NCBI GenBank assembly: GCA_963847625.1
Contig: CAWKAR010000033.1
Coordinates: forward strand, 32,001 to 96,000
Source of the DNA: a candidate division FCPU426 bacterium
Lineage (GTDB): Bacteria > Oederibacteriota > Muellerivitia > Muellerivitales > Muellerivitaceae
Direction of reading: 5' to 3'
DNA: 64,000 nt
A model generated the notes under the pieces. That model searched no databases and was not told the DNA's origin. It was given only the letters and a program-made list of their open reading frames with translations. The position numbers and the translations under genes were made by a program. Within the stretch, counting starts at the first letter, position 1. The number at the start of each line of letters is the position of its first letter. Shown here piece by piece: positions 57,663-64,000 of this stretch.

Positions 57663-59825
57663 TCATGGCAGAAACTTTCTGGAATCGGTTAGATCAAGAG
57701 GCGCTTTGATAGCCCGCTGGAAAGCGCGTTTGGCCCGGTGCTTGTTTCCTGCCATAAGCCAGTAAATTCCCTGCTGGTAATACAAGTGGGCGGCCGGATA
57801 ACCATGTTTAGAGGCATATTCCAAAGCCGACAAACTTTCTTTTAGGGCAGATTCGTTTAAAAGGGCCTCCGGAACGGGTTGGTTGATGATTTCTGAACGC
57901 GCAGGGGTGTCGTCCACATGGAGCGCTTTTAAAAAATTCTGTTGGAAACAAAGAAGCGATTCCATTTCACCATAGGCAGATTCCAGAAAGGGATCACCTT
58001 GAAGCCAAGGTGACGCCTGACACAAGCTTTTCCGAAGATCGTCATAACCATGATGCGGGACAAGGTAATTAAATTGGTCCCAGAAGGGGTTTAAGGCCCG
58101 GTCCGCGGACTTCCAAAGATCCAGGGTTTCACGGAGGGCGGGGGTGAGAGGGGAGACCCATAACATCAAACCCCCGTCGGATGGGGGATGATTCTTGTTC
58201 AACCAATAAACCTTCCCCCCGGGGAACCTTTTTTCAAGGAAAGGCTGATAATTCACGTTTGTTAAAAGTCCCACCCAAGGGGTTTCTCCCTTCCGGGCTT
58301 GTCCGTGAAGAAGGTTGAATGAATAGGTACCAAAATCGATGTAGGGCGTCCAGGGTTTGCGGACAAACCGGGTAAAGATATAACCGGGCCCTTTTTCGGA
58401 TTGAAGACGTTCCAGAAGATGGTAAGTCTGAAACATTTCAGGTAGCCCTGTATCGCGATTGGCGGCATCCCGGCTTTTACTAAGGTTCACCATGTCCAGC
58501 CCAAAGGAAAGCAACAGAACCAACCCCAGGAGTCCTCTGTAAAAGGGGATCCGGATTCTGGACAAAAGGGCGAAAAAACCCAGGACCACCGTTCCCATGA
58601 AAAAAGGGATGAGGGAAATGACGTGGAACCAGTTCGTATTGTTCGCCAGGAGGCATGGAATAAAAAGAACGGCAAAACCTAGACCCACCCACCGAACCAA
58701 AGCCTGACGCCGCCATTTCCAGAGGATCCCGGTTCCGATAAAGAAAAAAGCCCCCTCTATGGGATTCAAAAACCCGCCCCACTGGGAGTTATAAGCGAAA
58801 TTAACTTTCCACCCTTCCCAGAAAAATGCCGTGAAATAATCCAGGTTCCGCCAGGGACTCCAAGGGATGATGTTTTCCGGATTAGGATGGGACCAGAAAA
58901 TACTGGAGAGGTATCCTCCAAAATCCGCCTGCAAAGCGGCCAGGATCAGCGGTGCGACGGCTAGGACAGAACCCGCGAGAAACCAGGACATATTTAGGGA
59001 GCTTAAAATTCCTTTTCGAACGCCTGCCCACACCGTAAGGCCCATCAATAGGGCAACCAAAGGCCAGCCGAAATAAGTATAAAATCCGGCGCCCACCCAC
59101 AGGCCCAGAAGGAAGGGAAGGGTTTTTTGCGAGGAGGAGACACCTTTTGAAAACAATTTCGCCAGGATCCAAAAGCCGACCGATTCCCAAAAAAACATCA
59201 AAACCGCTTGGTGGGAAAATCGTCCTACAAAACAAGGCCAGAATTGAATGCATAATAAAGCCAGGAAGGCGAAAGCGAAAGAACGGGATACTCTGGGCCG
59301 CAGGGCTTTATAGAAAAAAAATATTGAAACAGCCGAGAGAAAAGCCGGGAACCCCCAAAGGGAAACGAAGGAGACCCCGGCAACCTTGTAAACTCCCGCC
59401 AGAAGCCAGATATAAAATGGAGGCAATTGACTCCAATTGAAAAAGAACTCCCACGTCCATTTTTCCTTAAGCCGGATCGCGCAGAGGGCGTTGTTGATTT
59501 CGTCGAGCAATGGATAGTCCAAAAAAGTCGTCAATCGATAGAACCTAGTCAGCCCTCCCAGCGCCAATACCAGAAACCAAACCCATGGGGACGGGGAGGA
59601 AAACAATTCCTTCCGGTAAGGGGGTTCTTCCAGGGGGGAAGCCTTCGGCATGGAGCTTATCCACAATCCCAGAGGCAGAAGCCAACCTAGAAAACCAATC
59701 CACAGCTTGGCTTGAAGAGGCAAGGGGACATAAGCCAATAGGCCGTTGACCAAGGCGAAAAGCCAAAAGAAGGGCCAGGGATTTTGAAAGAGATTTTTCG
59801 ACCGTGTTTTGTTATGGCTTTTCAT
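57663..59825 (-). CDS. ArnT/PMT-like (GT-C) membrane glycosyltransferase with TPR tail
   Basis: RFYRL..YPLLDE, WGGFLNP, DGGLMLW and GYPAAHLYY motifs. Confidence 0.78.
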   Translation of the reverse strand: MKSHNKTRSKNLFQNPWPFFWLFALVNGLLAYVPLPLQAKLWIGFLGWLLPLGLWISSMPKASPLEEPPYRKELFSSPSPWVWFLVLALGGLTRFYRLTTFLDYPLLDEINNALCAIRLKEKWTWEFFFNWSQLPPFYIWLLAGVYKVAGVSFVSLWGFPAFLSAVSIFFFYKALRPRVSRSFAFAFLALLCIQFWPCFVGRFSHQAVLMFFWESVGFWILAKLFSKGVSSSQKTLPFLLGLWVGAGFYTYFGWPLVALLMGLTVWAGVRKGILSSLNMSWFLAGSVLAVAPLILAALQADFGGYLSSIFWSHPNPENIIPWSPWRNLDYFTAFFWEGWKVNFAYNSQWGGFLNPIEGAFFFIGTGILWKWRRQALVRWVGLGFAVLFIPCLLANNTNWFHVISLIPFFMGTVVLGFFALLSRIRIPFYRGLLGLVLLLSFGLDMVNLSKSRDAANRDTGLPEMFQTYHLLERLQSEKGPGYIFTRFVRKPWTPYIDFGTYSFNLLHGQARKGETPWVGLLTNVNYQPFLEKRFPGGKVYWLNKNHPPSDGGLMLWVSPLTPALRETLDLWKSADRALNPFWDQFNYLVPHHGYDDLRKSLCQASPWLQGDPFLESAYGEMESLLCFQQNFLKALHVDDTPARSEIINQPVPEALLNESALKESLSALEYASKHGYPAAHLYYQQGIYWLMAGNKHRAKRAFQRAIKAPLDLTDSRKFLP

Positions 59826-61995
59826 CGTGTTCTCCGGAAGGTGGAAGAAGTTTTTCGTATGTGGAAGCCTGTGTCAAATCCACTAAAGCTCCCCTCGCTT
59901 TTCGGAAGCATTCTTTTGCTTCCGGGATTTTCCCCTGAATCGAATAAAGGGTCCCCATTTTGAAAAAAAGATGGGCGGAGGGATAACCTTTTTGAATGGC
60001 TGTTTTTAGATAAAGAAGGGCGGCCTGATATGCTTCCGGCCCGGAGGAAGGATCACAACCGGTAATCATCTTTCGCGTAGAGAGATCGGCCATTTTCTCG
60101 AAATAATAAGTTTCCAAGAGAGGATCACTTTGGAATAAGGAATGGATTTTTCGAAGGGCCATTTCCATGGGTTCCAAGGATTGCCCCGGAACATATAAAA
60201 GGCTTTTTTCAATGAAAAGCTTCAGGGCCGCCGAAGCCTGGAACCAACGGCGGAAGATTTTCGCCGGCAAGTCTTTACCGGGAATCACCCAAAGCATCCA
60301 TCCACCCTCCGGGCTTCCTATATCCTTGGAAATCCACCAGGCTTGCCCGGTTGGAAAACTTTTTTTCAAAAAGGGAATGAGATTGGCGTTCGCCAAAAGC
60401 CCCACCCATGGGACAGGCCCGGAAGTAAGCCCCTGAGGGTTCGATAAATTAATACGGAAATCCGCCACCGACAGGGTTTGATCCGAAAGTCCCGGCACGA
60501 AATCGCTAAATAGGTAGCCGGGCCCCTGGGTTTTGGACAACTTTTCCAATCGAAGAAAGGCTTGATACCTGGTGTAGGATTTCCCATAGCCATTCCAATT
60601 ATCCAGGGACTTCCAAACGGCGGGATAGGCGGCGAAAAGGTGAAAAAAATCCAATCCCGCCGCGATCACCAGGATCAGGGATAAGATCAAAACATTCCGC
60701 CGTGGGCGGTCGGAAAGCAAACGCCCCAAACCCAAGACCACCAGCACCGCCAAGATGGGGAAAGCCAACACCATCCGGGAAGTCGCTCTTTCGGAGGTCA
60801 AGATACCCGGAAGCAGGAAAAACGGAAGGGAGGCTAACAACCATTGATAAAACCGGTTCTTGAGCCGGGGTATGACTTCAATTAATCCCATGAAAAAAAG
60901 GGAACCCATCAGCGGATTCAAATAACCCCCAAAAACCGGCTGGTAGGTGTGGTATTTCAAGTCCATCCCCCAAAAAAGGGAAGTGATATAAGAAAGGGAG
61001 ATGTTGATTTGTTCATTTGGATGGACAGCCGGGTTTCCGGCCGAGAGGTGGCGCAGATAAAAAACCATCTGATCCAGTCCTTCGCCGGAAATCCACAAGG
61101 CAAGAGGCAACAAGAGGCACGCGCAGGGAAGAAGGAAGGACAGGAGAATTTTCACCCGGAGGAAGTTTTTTCCCATCCCTTTATTTGCGGCCCAGAAAAT
61201 CAGGGTCGCTCCAACCGCCGCGGCCAGAACGGGCCAGTGTAAATAAGTATAAAAACCCAAACCGGTCATGGCTCCCAGGGCCGCGGCCAAGCCGGGTTTC
61301 CGGGCGGGTTCGGTCCGTGTCAGGAACCGGGCCAACAACCCCAATGTCAGGCATTCAAAAAGGAGTACCAAGCCGGTCATGAGGGAAAAACGGCCGACAT
61401 AAAGGGGCCAGAAACTGAAGCCGAAAATGAAAGCCAGGGCCACGGAACAGGACCGGTTAAAGAAACCACGGGCCGCCCAATAGGAAACAGGAAACAACAA
61501 GGATGATATCAATGCCGGAAGAAACCAAAGACTGAAGAGGGAAACCCCGAACCATTTGAAGGTCCCGGCAAGGAGCCAAAGGTAAAGGGGAGGGGCTTGG
61601 CTGGATCCGTACAATATTTGCCAGTTCCACTGACGGGAAAGTTGGGAGGCGTAGTAACCATACATTCCTTCGTCATAAAGGGGCCAAACCGAAAGGGTGG
61701 TAAGCTTGTAAAACCGGGCGAAGAGAGCCAAGGCCGCCACGAACAGCCAAACCCAGATTGGAATCGCCGGCAGAAATTCCTTTTGGTAAAGGGGCACTTC
61801 TTTTGGGGAAGGATTAGGAAAGGCGCGGCAAGCCATCATCCAGGGAATGAACAACCCGAGCAGGCAGATTCCCATCTTGATCCAAAACGGGAAAGGAAAA
61901 TAGGAAAGAAAGGTATTTGAAATAAGGAAAATAAAAAAATAAACCCACGGATTGGTGTTCGAAAAAATTTTGGGCGCGAATTTTATTTTTGCCAT
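59812..61995 (-). CDS. ArnT/PMT-like (GT-C) membrane glycosyltransferase with TPR tail
   Basis: RFYKLTTLSVWPLYDEG, GGYLNP and GYPSAHL motifs. Confidence 0.78.
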   Translation of the reverse strand: MAKIKFAPKIFSNTNPWVYFFIFLISNTFLSYFPFPFWIKMGICLLGLFIPWMMACRAFPNPSPKEVPLYQKEFLPAIPIWVWLFVAALALFARFYKLTTLSVWPLYDEGMYGYYASQLSRQWNWQILYGSSQAPPLYLWLLAGTFKWFGVSLFSLWFLPALISSLLFPVSYWAARGFFNRSCSVALAFIFGFSFWPLYVGRFSLMTGLVLLFECLTLGLLARFLTRTEPARKPGLAAALGAMTGLGFYTYLHWPVLAAAVGATLIFWAANKGMGKNFLRVKILLSFLLPCACLLLPLALWISGEGLDQMVFYLRHLSAGNPAVHPNEQINISLSYITSLFWGMDLKYHTYQPVFGGYLNPLMGSLFFMGLIEVIPRLKNRFYQWLLASLPFFLLPGILTSERATSRMVLAFPILAVLVVLGLGRLLSDRPRRNVLILSLILVIAAGLDFFHLFAAYPAVWKSLDNWNGYGKSYTRYQAFLRLEKLSKTQGPGYLFSDFVPGLSDQTLSVADFRINLSNPQGLTSGPVPWVGLLANANLIPFLKKSFPTGQAWWISKDIGSPEGGWMLWVIPGKDLPAKIFRRWFQASAALKLFIEKSLLYVPGQSLEPMEMALRKIHSLFQSDPLLETYYFEKMADLSTRKMITGCDPSSGPEAYQAALLYLKTAIQKGYPSAHLFFKMGTLYSIQGKIPEAKECFRKARGALVDLTQASTYEKLLPPSGEHDEKP

Positions 61996-64000
61996 AATTC
62001 CCGCAAGAGTTGGTCCGCATTGGTGAAATTCATGGGGGCATGACTCGCTTGTTGAAAAGCTTCCCGGGCTTCAACCCTATTCCGGTCAATGTATAAAAGA
62101 GTACCCAAAGTATAGTATAGGTGCGTCGCCGGATAACCGCTTTTCAAGGCTTGCCGAATGTCCTGGATGGATTCCCGGTGGTCCTGGAACCCCATCTTCA
62201 AATCATTGTCCGCGGCCTTTTCCCAAAAACAAGATTCCAGGAAGGGGTCTCCCCGGAAATAAGGATAGGCTTGTAAAAGCGAATCCCGGACCGGTTGAAA
62301 AGACTGGCCATGGACATAGGAAAGGAATTGGTGGATGAAGGGTTTTAAAGCCTCTGCGGCTTTTTCCCAACGCGCCATTACTTCCTGGCGATTGGGTGTC
62401 ACAGGCATTACCCAAAGCATCGTCCCACCGTTGGGCTCAGGAGCTTCCTTGTCGAGGAAATAGGCCTTCCCGTCCGGAAATCGCTTGGCCAGGAAGGGAC
62501 GGTAATGAACGTTCACGAGGACCGCAGCCCATTTAAACTTTTCCCCTAAAAGTTCCGGATTCCACACCTGATTGTAGGCATAAGTGGAAAGAGTGAGGGT
62601 CTGGTCGCAAAACCCGGGAGAAAAATCCGTGAAAATCAATCCTTGGCCTTCGTTACGGGCTTTTTGTTTCAGGATTTCATCCGCCTTAAATCGTATAAAA
62701 GATTTCGTGTTCCAATAGGACGGGGTTTCCCATGTTTTCCGGTAGGGCCCCGCTAAGTGGTAAAAATCCAATGCAAAAGAAGCCAAAAAGATTCCGGAAA
62801 CTACAAAAAACGGTTTCATCACCGGTGAAAAAGACAAGAACCTGGATAAACCAAGGGCTGCGGCCGCCAGTATGAGTGGCATGAGGGGCAAAAGGCGAAA
62901 AGGCTCGAGGGTTTTGGTGAGTAGCGCCGGAACCAGGAACATGACCAGGCCGATTCCCAGACATCGATAGAGGGGCAGGGTGCGGTTTTTAAACATTTCA
63001 AGGCAAGCCAGGAAAAATGCGGACCCGAGGATAGGATTGAGGAACCCACCCCAGGCGGGGTAGTAGGGATGGATATGGTCCTGAAATCCCCAGAAAGGCA
63101 CCGCAAGATAGTCCAAGGATGTCTCCAACTGGTTATGGATGGGAGAGCTTTTCGAAAAGGCCCAAAGGTCGTTTAAATACCAGCCATATCCTTGGCGGAT
63201 GGCGGCCAGAACCAGGGGGAAAAATAAGAAGATAGCGGCCATGGAAAAAATGAAAAAATGGGAAAAACCGGATTTCCTTTTCAGGGAAACGGCCAAAACA
63301 ACGAGGCCAATGAATCCCGCGATGGGGGGCCAGGAAATATGGATGTAGAACCCGGCCCCGACGATCATGCCTAAAAACAGACTCCCTGTTTTTTGATCCT
63401 TCAGGGGGGCGTTTAAATATTTACCCAAAAAATAAAAGGCCAGGCATTCCCAAAATGGGATCAACACCGTCATCAACGAATACCGCCCTGCGTAAAAAGG
63501 CCAGAAACTACCCGCCAAAAAAAGAAGCAAGAGGAATGAGAACGACTTGGAAAAATATTGACGGAAGGCGAAATAACCCACGGGGACGGTCAATAACGAG
63601 ACTAAAGCGGGGAAAAACCAAAGGGTGCCCAACGAGACGCCAAAAATTTTGAAAAAAAGTCCCAGCCCCCAAGCATACGCCGGAGGGGATTGACTGCTGA
63701 AGTAGAACAAGCGCCAGTCCCATTTCCGGGAAAGTTCCAAGGCGGAATAATTGATGGAGCCTTCGTCGTAAAGCGGCCAGACCGAAAGAGTGGTGAGTTT
63801 GTAAAACCGCACGCAGATGGCCAAAGCCGCCACCGATAACCAAATCCAGGTTGGAATCGCCGGCAAAAATTCCTTTTGGTAAAGGGGGACTTCTTTTGGG
63901 GATGGGGCGGGAAAGAAGTGCCAGGCCATTACCCAGGGGAATACCAACCCCAGCAGGCCGATTCCCAGCTTCATCCAAAACGGAAGGGGAAAATAGGCAA
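61983..64000 (-). CDS. ArnT/PMT-like (GT-C) membrane glycosyltransferase with TPR tail; 5' end runs off the window
   Basis: RFYKLTTLSVWPLYDEG, WGGFLNP and GYPATHLYY; the frame is open to the window edge. Confidence 0.78.
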   Translation of the reverse strand, partial: AYFPLPFWMKLGIGLLGLVFPWVMAWHFFPAPSPKEVPLYQKEFLPAIPTWIWLSVAALAICVRFYKLTTLSVWPLYDEGSINYSALELSRKWDWRLFYFSSQSPPAYAWGLGLFFKIFGVSLGTLWFFPALVSLLTVPVGYFAFRQYFSKSFSFLLLLFLAGSFWPFYAGRYSLMTVLIPFWECLAFYFLGKYLNAPLKDQKTGSLFLGMIVGAGFYIHISWPPIAGFIGLVVLAVSLKRKSGFSHFFIFSMAAIFLFFPLVLAAIRQGYGWYLNDLWAFSKSSPIHNQLETSLDYLAVPFWGFQDHIHPYYPAWGGFLNPILGSAFFLACLEMFKNRTLPLYRCLGIGLVMFLVPALLTKTLEPFRLLPLMPLILAAAALGLSRFLSFSPVMKPFFVVSGIFLASFALDFYHLAGPYRKTWETPSYWNTKSFIRFKADEILKQKARNEGQGLIFTDFSPGFCDQTLTLSTYAYNQVWNPELLGEKFKWAAVLVNVHYRPFLAKRFPDGKAYFLDKEAPEPNGGTMLWVMPVTPNRQEVMARWEKAAEALKPFIHQFLSYVHGQSFQPVRDSLLQAYPYFRGDPFLESCFWEKAADNDLKMGFQDHRESIQDIRQALKSGYPATHLYYTLGTLLYIDRNRVEAREAFQQASHAPMNFTNADQLLRELWQK

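Noticed and set aside
1..64000. tRNA, rRNA or riboswitch genes
   Set aside because: No recognisable cloverleaf with T/D-loop consensus, rRNA motif or known aptamer was seen by eye in the intergenic regions; a covariance-model search would be needed to exclude them.

Overview
A 64 kb GC-rich bacterial chromosomal segment, probably from a diderm. The DUF3078 barrel, the Thr/Pro-linked secreted proteins with T9SS-CTD/FlgD-like tails and the expanded GT-C/TPR family suggest an FCB-adjacent or candidate-phylum organism; this is inference only. Housekeeping genes include mscL, a yyaL-like gene, hypD-hypE, glpE, ispH and an addB/addA-like pair. The window also holds two type II TA modules, two IS30 elements, one IS110/IS1111 element, a 130-bp MITE, three large secreted proteins, an envelope glycosyltransferase cluster and a tandem array of ArnT/PMT-like paralogs. 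The most unusual region is 3.8-10.1 kb. There, AT-rich orphan genes are separated by a recurring GGGGTCAGGC hairpin repeat, and an IS1111 element sits in one copy; its downstream non-coding region contains a visible match to that target. Next to it, a ParB-HTH-like protein with no CTPase domain but a C-terminal transmembrane helix lies beside a 13 x ~43-bp tandem array, whose unit recurs at 41.9 kb. Other oddities are a B-box/SecY-like/DUF2007-like fusion, an EVE gene split by a 99-nt in-frame structured insertion, and a catalytically degenerate cyclase-STAND-TPR protein. I found no rRNA, tRNA or CRISPR array. All family calls come from recognising motifs by eye, not from database searches.
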